NCBI GenBank assembly: GCA_008369845.1
Contig: MRSU01000988.1
Location: 1 to 51,329, forward strand
From: Trichomonas gallinae
Taxonomy: Eukaryota
Reading direction: 5' to 3'
Length of the DNA: 51,329 nt
The notes under the pieces: generated by a model
Seen by the model: only the letters and a program-made list of their open reading frames with translations
What the model was told of the DNA's origin: nothing
Databases searched by the model: none
Made by a program: the position numbers and the translations under genes
Part shown: positions 21,688 through 31,895 of the stretch, one piece after another
Layout of the letters: the number at the start of each line of letters is the position of its first letter
How positions within the stretch are numbered: the stretch's first letter is position 1

Positions 21688-22596
21688 ATGTTTATCATTA
21701 ATATCAATTCATGTGAGAATGTCAGTGGAACTGATGGCACTCCCTCGTGTTTCGTGAAGGTTTTTGCAGAGGCGAATGGTTTAAACATCTGTATCGGCAA
21801 GACAAGATCATCAAAGAAATCTACGACACCAAAATGGGACAGAAGTCTCGATAATACGTTAACCATTGCATTCGTATATGTGGACAAACTACGATTCGAG
21901 TTATTAACAAAGGATTTTTTAGGCGCAAATGATTTAGTTGCAATTGCTGCATGCCAACCCTCACAAATGAAATTAGGAGGAGTTAAACTCAAATCTTATT
22001 ACTCAAGGACACCAAATAAACCAGTCTATTTCAATATGAGAATCGAATTTTCTCAATACGACTTCCCGTTCATTAAAAACACGCTTTCGCAACAGTTCTA
22101 CTTTTACTATCTCACATTTGATCCGCCAGTCGAAGTCAATCCATACACAACTCAATGTTATTTCCATATGAACGCATTGGATCCAAATATTAAGAAACCA
22201 ACACTTTACAATGGATCTGATGCCAGAGATGGAATTTATTTCAACTATCAAGCCTGCTTCATTGGACCATCTGGATTAACTCAAGTTTGCATAATCGATC
22301 CGAGAGCCTTAAAACGCAAAATGACATACTTACCAGTATTAGTTAATCACGGATACAGAGGCAGAGTTTCTTTAAACGTTGCTTTCAGTCTTAGACCGAA
22401 TAGCTCAGCTCAGTGTTTGTCAATTGAATCAATTGAGCATACAAAAGTTTACTCCAAGAACGCTATTTCTCTTAACGTCGAGAATGATGGCGTATTACCA
22501 TTCGGTTGCGTTGTCAATGTCGAAAATGATGTTAGCTATGTAAGCTATGATCCAATTGACTTAAGTTTGGAAGGAATTTTATCACAAGGAAAATAG
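21688..22596 (+). CDS. C2-domain-like protein
   Basis: The N-terminal DGTPSCFVKV..IGKTRSSKKSTTPKWD..LRFELLTKDFLGANDLV resembles a C2 fold. Confidence 0.7.
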   Translation: MFIININSCENVSGTDGTPSCFVKVFAEANGLNICIGKTRSSKKSTTPKWDRSLDNTLTIAFVYVDKLRFELLTKDFLGANDLVAIAACQPSQMKLGGVKLKSYYSRTPNKPVYFNMRIEFSQYDFPFIKNTLSQQFYFYYLTFDPPVEVNPYTTQCYFHMNALDPNIKKPTLYNGSDARDGIYFNYQACFIGPSGLTQVCIIDPRALKRKMTYLPVLVNHGYRGRVSLNVAFSLRPNSSAQCLSIESIEHTKVYSKNAISLNVENDGVLPFGCVVNVENDVSYVSYDPIDLSLEGILSQGK

Positions 22597-23637
22597 TATC
22601 TATTTCCAAATTATATGTTTCTAAATGTTTTTTTTTCTATTTTTCGGAATATTTTTTTCGAAAATTCATTTTTTGATATGGTTTCAATAGATATATTCTA
22701 TGGCTATGGTAAATTTAATTCTTTTTTGAAATTTTGAAATTTCAATAAAAATATTGCCGTTCCGTAAATTTCTAAGAATATTCATGATATATTAGTAATG
22801 AACATTTCAAAAATAATATTTAAAACCCATATTTCCGATATATTTGTTATTGATATTTTAAAATGTGCGTAAATCGATGGGTAAACTTGTCGATATATTT
22901 ATATAAGTGATATGTTGGATAATTTGAAGAGAAAAGCTTGATTTTGTGAATTTTTGCATTTTTCAATAAGAATTGATCAGCAAATTAACTTTCATTTGAT
23001 TGAAATTTTAGTATAGTTTATTATTGCATGAGAATTTTATAGTTTACAAGAAGGTTGGTCAATGCTGCTGAACCAATTGTAAATCTGCTCAATTTCGGGA
23101 CATCAAATTTATTCATATTCGGCATACATAAAGTGTATGTATTATAACCATGCAATCAAATTTCGTTTTTCTTGACATTTGTCACCGAAACGATGATGAA
23201 ATCTGTTCATCTCAAATGATTTGGAAGATCCAACATCAATAACAATACTCATGCATGTTATTGTATTTATTAGCCTCGTCTTTCATTTTCAACAATAAAC
23301 ATCGGCAATTCGGAATTATTATGATCTATAACATAAGAAAAAGATAATGATGATAATTTTGGTTAAATAAAAATTGAATGGAGATTTTACGGTTTTGAAA
23401 AAAGAAAAAATTTGAACCGAAAATTACTGTAATTTTTGATGATTTGTGGAATACATCATTATTCTAAATCTTTAAAAGACAATTTCATTCAATTATCGAA
23501 TATTTTCAAATTTACTTTTATTTTAATTGTCTATATATGTACATTCAGATTTTTCTATTGTTTTATTAAAAAGTCATCGTTTTTTTAAAAAAGTTATTTG
23601 AATAGTTTACAAAATTAGTTCAGTTATTTTATTGGAA

Positions 23638-25056
23638 ATGACCGAACTTGAGGATATAACTCCGCAGGAAATGGAAGGTGATATTCCAGATATCGAATCA
23701 AAGCCAGAAATCAAATCAAACATAGATGTTGACGGCAATCCTATGGACTTACCTGATGATGGGACACCAGAACCTGAACATGAAGACGATGGAACACCAC
23801 ATTTAGAAGAAGAAGAACTTGATGAGAAGAAATCGCCAAAGTCCAAATTCGATGAACCAGGAAGAGTTCGAAGATTTACAACTGTTTTGAATCTGTTGAA
23901 TTCTTTGCTTGGCGCTGGTATCCTTGGTGTTCCTTATGCTATGAAATACATCGGATTGATTCCATCCATCATCCTTCTCGCTATTATTGCTGGTTTATCA
24001 CACATTGCAACTGTTTTGACAGTGAAATTGCAAGCAAGAACATCAGCATCTGGTTTGGATGACTTAGCTTACAAGACTTTTGGCAAAATTGGATCTATTA
24101 TCTTGTCTATTCTTTCAATGCTGTTTTTGTATTCCGCAGAGATCTCCTATCTGATCATTGGCTCCGATTCCATTATGTCATGGCTGAGACTCGCTGGTTT
24201 GGATATCAGAGATGGTTGGAAACGCGCAATAACATTATTAATTTTCTGGATCTGCATTCCAGGTGCTCTGACAATTCCAAAGGACATCAAGTTCATCAGT
24301 TACACATCATATGCGAACTTTATCTGCATTGGTTGGTTCCTTCTTGTCATGATTATCAAAGCATGCATGGTTTTCCCGAAGAAAGGAATTGCGAAGCTCA
24401 CTTATGCACAATTTGGTTTTGGTTTCTTCTCAGCAGTTGCAATGTATGGTTTAGCTTTCTCTCTTCCAGTCGTTGTCCTTCCAATTATCGGATCTTACAA
24501 CAAAGATCTGAAAAAGAGATCAATTGTCTCAGGAGCCGCTTCAATTGCTTGCTTTGTTATCGTTGCATTGCCAGCAATTATCGGATACTTAATGTTTGGC
24601 GATGAAATTCAAACAATCATTTTAAACTCGTTTGAGGACAAAGATGTATTGATCACAATAACACGTGCAGCATTCTTGATCGTCGTCTGCTGCTCTTATC
24701 CATGTGTTGGTCAATCAATTAAAGGATCTTGGGGTCAGTTGATTTTCAATCAAAATGACGCTTCCAAGATAGAAGGATGGCGTAGAGTAGTAATTTTCTT
24801 CGTTTTCAACTCGATTGCAGTAATTATTGCAATTTTCTTGCCAAATGCAGGTCCAGTTCTTGCAATTGGTGGTGCTTTAGGCGGAACTTTAGTCGACTTC
24901 GTGTATCCACCAACAATGTGGGTCAAATTATCGAAGAAGAAATGGTATCACTGGCAGAACTTGCTTTGCTTGCTTCTCACGCTATTCGGTTTAGTAGCTA
25001 CTGTTATTTCTACTTATTTGGCTGTTGTCGATGCTATCAATTTCTTGAAAAACTAA
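23638..25056 (+). CDS. Amino-acid transporter (Aa_trans/AAAP, SLC38-like)
   Basis: NLLNSLLGAGILGVPYA signature, about 11 hydrophobic segments, GYLMFG and an acidic N-tail. ATG at 23638 follows TCAGTT (23620-23625). Confidence 0.93.
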   Translation: MTELEDITPQEMEGDIPDIESKPEIKSNIDVDGNPMDLPDDGTPEPEHEDDGTPHLEEEELDEKKSPKSKFDEPGRVRRFTTVLNLLNSLLGAGILGVPYAMKYIGLIPSIILLAIIAGLSHIATVLTVKLQARTSASGLDDLAYKTFGKIGSIILSILSMLFLYSAEISYLIIGSDSIMSWLRLAGLDIRDGWKRAITLLIFWICIPGALTIPKDIKFISYTSYANFICIGWFLLVMIIKACMVFPKKGIAKLTYAQFGFGFFSAVAMYGLAFSLPVVVLPIIGSYNKDLKKRSIVSGAASIACFVIVALPAIIGYLMFGDEIQTIILNSFEDKDVLITITRAAFLIVVCCSYPCVGQSIKGSWGQLIFNQNDASKIEGWRRVVIFFVFNSIAVIIAIFLPNAGPVLAIGGALGGTLVDFVYPPTMWVKLSKKKWYHWQNLLCLLLTLFGLVATVISTYLAVVDAINFLKN

Positions 25057-25478
25057 ATAATATAGAATAAAAATGTTAATATTAATTTAAACATCTCCTA
25101 TCTCATATACAACTCATAATCTCTACATTTTCCATTTCCAAGCTTATTTTAAGCAATTATTTTATCGAAATTTTATATTTTAATATTTGAGTTTAGATAT
25201 TGGAACAAATTATTTAAATCATCTTTTATATGGATTTATAATAACAAAATAATAGATTGACCAATAAAAATCTAAAAATATAAAATTTTATCAAAATAAA
25301 TTCGATATTGTCTAAAATTAACAAGAAATATATTAAATATAGCAGCAATAAATTTAAAATTTTGATTATATAATATGATCTATTGAATGAATTTCAAAAT
25401 ATAAATTAAAATTTTGAAATTTCATATATAAATACTTTTTAAATAATAGAGAACATAATTTCATAGATAAATTTACGC

Positions 25479-28415
25479 CTAATTGCGGCGTGCGAACTTC
25501 CTGTATGCAAAGAAAGCCACTGCGCCAATGGCAGCAGCGACAGATAAGCCGATTGCAATAGGAACAAAGATAGAAGACTCCTTCTTCAGCTCTGTGACGT
25601 CTTCTGGTGTGATTGCCGGTACATCAGCAGCGTGATGCGGCTCTTCATCCAATGCCTGGTCCTTGGCTTCTGGAGTGATTGTTTCGACGATTTCGACGGA
25701 AGAAGGTGGGAAATCGGAGTCAGTGGATGGATTTTCAAGCTGTGGCATTTCTGTTGTTTTGACTGTTTCTTCTTCCTCTTCCTCGTTGAAGTCGAGTGCG
25801 CGTGCAACAAAATCTGCTGGGACGTCCATGTCTATCTGCCTGTCCGGATTTGGCGTGATGTCAAAGATTGAAGATGATGGAGATCTAAGTGGAGACTGGA
25901 TCTTGATTACGTGGTCAGCGGCTTCTGAGAGATCGATATCTGTCTGTCCGAAGTGTTTCGGCTTGATTCTTGATGGTTTGCTTGGTCCTTCCTTGAAATG
26001 CTTGCCGCGCTGCTTCGTTGGCTTGGTGAATTCCATGGAATCCATCCTTGAGTGCCTGGATCCGCTCAGTCCTTTGAGCATTTCTGGGAAATCGATCGAA
26101 TAAACAACTTTATCTCTTGGTGAAGTCAAAAGAACGACGTCGTTGCTCTTTGTCTGTATTGCGCCGTATCCTTGCAAGTTCTGGACGCAGTTGCCGAAGT
26201 TTTCGATGCTCAAAACTTCTCCATTTCCTGTATCTAATAATTGAATTTGTCCTGTAAGAGAAAGAAGGATGATATATGGACCAACTGTGAAGATGAAGTC
26301 ATTCTTAGATGCTGTGAGCTTGGATGGATATGATTCCCAAACGCGATTGTTCAAATCGAAATAATAAATGTCATTGAACGTTGTTGACTGATTGCTGCCA
26401 CCAATTACGAACATCTTGTCGCCAACAACGACAGATGCGTGATAAGCACGGGCAGATGGACCGTTTTGAACAGAAATTAATTCAGAAGAACCTGAATTAG
26501 GGTCAATCATGATCAAATCATGGTCGAACTTGTTCTGTCCTGACTCTCCACCAAAGACATAAAGGTATTTGCCGTGATAAACCAAGGATTGGCCGATTCT
26601 TGGAGTGTAAATGCCTGTTATTGGCCTTTCCTCGACATTGTGAGTGTGTGGATCGATAATATACAAAAATTTGTCAGAAATTATGCAAATTGAGTGGCCA
26701 ATTGTTACAGATCTTGGCTGTTTCAACGGGGGAAGCGGACATTCATTTGGATCAACCTGTTTGGCCGCGAAATCGTTCTTAATGCTCAAGAATTGGATGT
26801 TATTGAAGCCTTTTCCGCTGAATACATAAATTCTGCCAGAAACTCTAAGCGCAAAGTGTGGTCCAAGCTCCGGATAATCAGAGCTTGCCTTGTTGCAGAT
26901 CCACTTGAAGCCGTATTTCGCATTAGACTTGAGAATTAACATTGTTAATTGTTTTTCGTATTCAGCGAAGAATTTGTCGTAATTTTCTGGTGTTTCGAAC
27001 TCTATCTGATACTCGTGGTGGTCTCTGATCATTCTTTTCGCATATTCTTTGCCTGTTGAATCAACAGTTATGGATGTAGCGTTTGGTTTGCCAGGAATGA
27101 ATGGGAATTTTGTTACTGGTGCATCAAAGATGATTCTTTGTCCTTTTGATCCGTTTTTAATGAACATTAAAATATCATCGAAGAAAAATATTGTTCCTGT
27201 GACATTTGAGCGCTCAATGACTTTGATTGGGACTTCCATAAGTAACTGGCGCTGTCTGTCGAGGAATGTAAAGTCTTCTTTAATTTTTTGCTGCAATTCG
27301 AATAATCTTTGTTTTAATTTAGCGTTTGTTGATGATTGATCGATTTGCTTCGAGATGGCATCAATCTGTTCGCTAGCAATTTTGATGTAATTGTAATCAG
27401 GATGCGATGTAGGAGTGTATTTAACTAATTCTTTCAAAAACAGCGTGTATCTTGGCATTCTTTGAACAGGAGTAATGAGATATGATTGAAAATCTCTCTC
27501 ATCGCACTCATGCTGAAGCTGCTTGAAAATTTTCTGGTTTTTCGATTTTGATTCATAATTTGCAACGACATTTTGTATTTGCGGATAGTTGGAAATATAC
27601 ATCTGGCTAAATTTGAATAATGGAGCGAATTTTAAGAAAGTAGATGCGAAACAACTTGAATATTCTGTTCCACACTTTTTCAGATCTTCTAAAAATGTTG
27701 TATGGCAGTTTAAAATTGGTCCAATATTCTTAAATATCTGATCTAAGTCTGATTGTTCCATCTTTATCTTTGTAGCGCAGTTTGTTTGCCAAAAATTCGC
27801 GATTGTGTTCAAATCCTTTAAGTATGTTTGTTCTGTTTCTATAATTTCTCTAACGATATTGACGCGCTTCTTGCTTTTCGTAATAAATTCGGGCGTAGGT
27901 GTGAATTTTAATATTAGATCAAATTGTTGGGCTTTTTCGATAACTGTTGACGCAGACTGGTTCATATCAACAGGTATTCCATTAAACAATAGGCTTTGTT
28001 CGGAAATTGGGAGTCCAACTTCTTTCGTAATAATTTCCAAAAGCTCAAACGCGTTCATATCACCGATAAGTGATGTATCAATGGCTGCATAGAATGGAGG
28101 AACTTTGATTTGTTCCGTATCTGGCGTAACTTTTATTTTAATAAATTTTGCTTCCGATTTTTCAACGAACATGAGCATATACGGGGCATCCACGTATCCG
28201 TCCGGTCTCTCCGAAAGTAGTAATTCAGGAAACAGATTCAATGGTTCGCAGTTATAAGGTAATTCTTTAATAAATCTTGGTGTTTTTATGAAAAGTATCT
28301 TATTTTTGGAATCTGTTATTTCAGCAAGCAGTGTGCTGGTCTTTCCTTTGATAATATCGGCATCAAACACGCTGTTTGGCTGCCCTTGTACATAGAAACA
28401 AACATATTTACTCAT
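25479..28415 (-). CDS. RhoGEF (DH-PH) plus Kelch-repeat protein with C-terminal tail anchor
   Basis: DH motifs EIIETEQTYLKDL and YLITPVQRMPRYTLFLKEL..HPD. Kelch motifs PRIGQS..LYVFGG and SARAYHAS..MFVIGG. Ends in a TM followed by RKFARRN. Confidence 0.9.
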   Translation of the reverse strand: MSKYVCFYVQGQPNSVFDADIIKGKTSTLLAEITDSKNKILFIKTPRFIKELPYNCEPLNLFPELLLSERPDGYVDAPYMLMFVEKSEAKFIKIKVTPDTEQIKVPPFYAAIDTSLIGDMNAFELLEIITKEVGLPISEQSLLFNGIPVDMNQSASTVIEKAQQFDLILKFTPTPEFITKSKKRVNIVREIIETEQTYLKDLNTIANFWQTNCATKIKMEQSDLDQIFKNIGPILNCHTTFLEDLKKCGTEYSSCFASTFLKFAPLFKFSQMYISNYPQIQNVVANYESKSKNQKIFKQLQHECDERDFQSYLITPVQRMPRYTLFLKELVKYTPTSHPDYNYIKIASEQIDAISKQIDQSSTNAKLKQRLFELQQKIKEDFTFLDRQRQLLMEVPIKVIERSNVTGTIFFFDDILMFIKNGSKGQRIIFDAPVTKFPFIPGKPNATSITVDSTGKEYAKRMIRDHHEYQIEFETPENYDKFFAEYEKQLTMLILKSNAKYGFKWICNKASSDYPELGPHFALRVSGRIYVFSGKGFNNIQFLSIKNDFAAKQVDPNECPLPPLKQPRSVTIGHSICIISDKFLYIIDPHTHNVEERPITGIYTPRIGQSLVYHGKYLYVFGGESGQNKFDHDLIMIDPNSGSSELISVQNGPSARAYHASVVVGDKMFVIGGSNQSTTFNDIYYFDLNNRVWESYPSKLTASKNDFIFTVGPYIILLSLTGQIQLLDTGNGEVLSIENFGNCVQNLQGYGAIQTKSNDVVLLTSPRDKVVYSIDFPEMLKGLSGSRHSRMDSMEFTKPTKQRGKHFKEGPSKPSRIKPKHFGQTDIDLSEAADHVIKIQSPLRSPSSSIFDITPNPDRQIDMDVPADFVARALDFNEEEEEETVKTTEMPQLENPSTDSDFPPSSVEIVETITPEAKDQALDEEPHHAADVPAITPEDVTELKKESSIFVPIAIGLSVAAAIGAVAFFAYRKFARRN

Positions 28416-28439
28416 TTTCTGAATTTTTTAAAAAATAAC

Positions 28440-28447
28440 GTCACTTT
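28440..28447 (-). promoter_or_regulatory. AAAGTGAC M2-like motif
   Basis: About 25 nt upstream of ATG 28415 on the gene's strand. Confidence 0.55.
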
Positions 28448-29966
28448 TTGCGTCAAATTGTAATTTTTTGGTCCATTGTTTATGCTTGTTTTTCTTCTTT
28501 TATTTGAGCAACATTCCTATAATAAATCATTTTACAAAGATTTTAAACGACAAGAAAAAAGCACAAAATTTATGGTTTTTTGTTGTTAGCGATGACACTC
28601 CTTAACTCAGTGATAAACACACTATTTCGCTTGTTTTCAAGCGTTTTGCATCAAACAAATTAAATGATTCAATGAGTTGATCGAATATTATAATAATTTT
28701 GAGTCATTTATTCATTATTTGAGATTAGCTACGTCAGAAATTAAATTATCTCATCTTTCTTAGTTAATTCCATTTGTTCAAACATGTGACTGTCATTCAT
28801 CCAATGATTGAATAATAAGATTGCGTGAGTAAAATTGCTGTGAGACACAGCATGATTAGTGCGCTATCGTGTACAGTGGTTAATCACATGTGCAAATTGT
28901 CATTATCCCTTATTACCGATCCGAAACCTTAAAACTCTTCTAAAGTTGCTTTATCATAACACGAGGAATCAAATACATATAGGGTTCTAAATCTCTATTA
29001 TCCGTAAAACAAACAGTTGTTGAATTCATTTTCGAAATAAGATTTGAAAATATGCAAAATCATGGAAATATAAAGCGATTAACTAATGCTTTAGATACTA
29101 CTCGCTGATATTATTACATAAAATCTTTGCTTATCATCAATATTAATTGCATTTCAAGAACAAAATTACGTTTTTCTCACGTTTGTTTTCCAAATCAAAA
29201 GGAATAAATATTTCCCTTAATAACGAATTTTCCCATTGATTTATAGAAAAATAATATGCTATACTTGAAATGTAAAAATTTGACATTGTAAACTCATTTT
29301 TTAACATTTCCAATTTTGAAAAACACTATATCTTCATGAATACCCGATTTTTATCCAACAACTATAGGATATATGTCATTTTCTACTTAGTTTAAAAGCT
29401 ATACACTTGGACTGAACAACAAATAAAATGGAGAATTAAAAATCTGACAAATAAATCTGACAGTGTAAAGATAGAAATTTGACAATGTTGATCAAAAATC
29501 GGCGCACTTTTGAGAAGAATCAATTGAATGAAAAACGATTATTTCTTGAAGACTTCAAAAATATTTTGATAAAACAATTATATACAATAAATAGTGCTAT
29601 ATTTCGATTTTTGATAAAACCTCAAAAATTGAATCAAAAAAGAATTATCGGAAAAATTTTGCAAATTCGAATAAACTTCAATCCTTTTGAATATATCACA
29701 GTGATCTAACTATCAGCGCTAAAATAAATTTGAATTTGAATTTTGATACTGAAAATAGCAATTTATATATCTGGATTATGATTGTTTGTTGATTTCTGAG
29801 ATTTTCAAATTTGAATTGAGAATAATCGTTTGTAAATTTTATATTTTTATCTTAAATTGATAAATATTCATGGAAAACGCGTCAAAAACCAAATGCAGAA
29901 ACTTTCGATTTCAATAATTTTAACCTCGAAAATTTTGAATATTTGTTAGTTCTATTTTTGATCTCG

Positions 29967-31790
29967 ATGGCTAAAGAGCAAAACAATGAAACCGACGCAT
30001 TATTACTTGCAGATCATGAAGAAGTAAGGGAAATTATTGATGAAGTTGCTAAAAAGAAATCAAAATACTGCAAATTACCATTCATCCACAAAATGTATTG
30101 GTTTTTCTACAGAAATCCATTGAATTTCTTAGTTTTTATACCATCAATAATCGTTGGCTATACTTCAATTCAATCTAATCTCTACACAGGAAAAATTGTT
30201 GATGCATTAACAACAGATGATCCAATTCCAGCGATCAAACACTACGCGTTCATGATGTTCATTATGGCAATAATCAATGCCATTCTCAATTTCATTAATA
30301 ATACGTTTTGGAATCGAATTGGTTCATCAATTAACTGCAAAATCAAGAGTTTAATATTTAAAAAGTACATGATGAATGATGTGAGTTATTTTGATCGCAC
30401 AACAATTGGAGATTCATTAACATTATTAAATGAAGATTCAAATCAAGTCTCTTCGGTCTTTAATTTCTCAAAATATATTCAGATCAGAAACATAGGACAA
30501 CTTTTATCATCAATTGTTGTTGGCTTGACAGTAAATGCTCCAATCACAATAATTGCAGTAATTGCAACGATTATTCAAGATCTTGTGCTGGAAAGAATAA
30601 GAAGATATGGTATTGCCCACATGAGAGCTAATTTCAAGGTCAGATCTCAAGCAACAACTGTTTCTCTCGAACAAGTTTCGAATCCAAGAGTTATTTATTC
30701 TTATGTACAGGAAGAAGAAGAAATTAACAAGTTTTACAACATAGCAGACAAATCAAGTCAACTGGAAACAGTAGCACACGAAATATTCTCTGTTTCGTTT
30801 GGCACTGAACACACTTTGAGTCAAGGAATTTGGTCAGTCATCTTAGGAGCTGGCGGATATTTCATGCTAAAAGATCAGATAACTGCCGGAAGTTTAGTGT
30901 CAATGATGAGAATCATTGCAACGTTTTCTTTCTTAATTGGCATGCTATTGGGTACACTAAATCACGAGGTCAAAAGCATGGAGTCGGCAAATAGAATTTT
31001 CGATTTTCTTGAGGGAACAGAATCAGTTGATCTCAACAAAGGTTTTGTTCCAGAAAAATTCGGGGGAGAAATAGAATTCAGAAATGTTTGGTTTAAATAT
31101 CCAACACGAGAAAACTGGATATTAAAGAATGTTTCTTTCAAAATCAATGCAGGAGAAATAGTTGCTTTCGTTGGCCACAGTGGCTGCGGCAAATCAACAA
31201 TTGTCCAGTTATTACTGAGGTTCTACGATGTCAACGAAGGAAAGGTTTTGATTGACGGAAGAGATGTAAAAGACTACGCACCTTCTTTCATTCACAGATC
31301 TATTGGTGTTGTTCAGCAGGACTCAGCACTGTTCACATTGTCTGTCAAAGATAACATTAAATACGGAAATGTTGATGCAACAGACGCAGAAGTTGAAGAA
31401 GCAGCAAAAATTGCCTTCGCAGACAAATTCATACAAAAACTTCCAAAGAAATATGATTCTATGATTGGAGAGAAGGGAACAACACTGAGTGGTGGCCAGA
31501 GACAAAGAGTTGCAATAGCAAGGGCTGTCCTCAAGAATCCAAAACTAATGATAACAGACGAGGCAACTTCAGCTCTTGATGCTGTCAGCGAAAAGAAAGT
31601 CGAGAAAGCTCTCAGAGCAGTTATGGAACAAAGAACATCAGTTATCATTGCGCATAGATTAGGAACAATTCGTTGCGCATCGAAAATATACGTCCTTGAC
31701 AACGGAGAAATTGTTGAATCCGGAAATCATGAAGAATTGATTGCTCTCAAAGGACATTATTACGAATTAGTTAAGATTCAACTTGAATAA
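29967..31790 (+). CDS. ABC transporter, ABCB-type half transporter (TMD-NBD)
   Basis: Walker A GHSGCGKS, Q-loop VQQD, signature LSGGQ, Walker B ITDEATSALD, H-loop IAHRL and N-terminal TM helices. The first ATG is at 29967. Confidence 0.95.
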   Translation: MAKEQNNETDALLLADHEEVREIIDEVAKKKSKYCKLPFIHKMYWFFYRNPLNFLVFIPSIIVGYTSIQSNLYTGKIVDALTTDDPIPAIKHYAFMMFIMAIINAILNFINNTFWNRIGSSINCKIKSLIFKKYMMNDVSYFDRTTIGDSLTLLNEDSNQVSSVFNFSKYIQIRNIGQLLSSIVVGLTVNAPITIIAVIATIIQDLVLERIRRYGIAHMRANFKVRSQATTVSLEQVSNPRVIYSYVQEEEEINKFYNIADKSSQLETVAHEIFSVSFGTEHTLSQGIWSVILGAGGYFMLKDQITAGSLVSMMRIIATFSFLIGMLLGTLNHEVKSMESANRIFDFLEGTESVDLNKGFVPEKFGGEIEFRNVWFKYPTRENWILKNVSFKINAGEIVAFVGHSGCGKSTIVQLLLRFYDVNEGKVLIDGRDVKDYAPSFIHRSIGVVQQDSALFTLSVKDNIKYGNVDATDAEVEEAAKIAFADKFIQKLPKKYDSMIGEKGTTLSGGQRQRVAIARAVLKNPKLMITDEATSALDAVSEKKVEKALRAVMEQRTSVIIAHRLGTIRCASKIYVLDNGEIVESGNHEELIALKGHYYELVKIQLE

Positions 31791-31895
31791 TTTTTTTATT
31801 TTGTTTATAAATAAATATCTGTCAATTTATAAATAATTATCAGGTTTCTTTCAAGATAAAAAAATGTTTATGATAAAATAACAGACATAAAATAT

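Noticed and set aside
22597..23300. Possible continuation of the C2 gene past a TTTC/TTCA-rich tract, as in the ankyrin gene
   Set aside because: Downstream frames are short and stop-ridden, with no recognisable domain.
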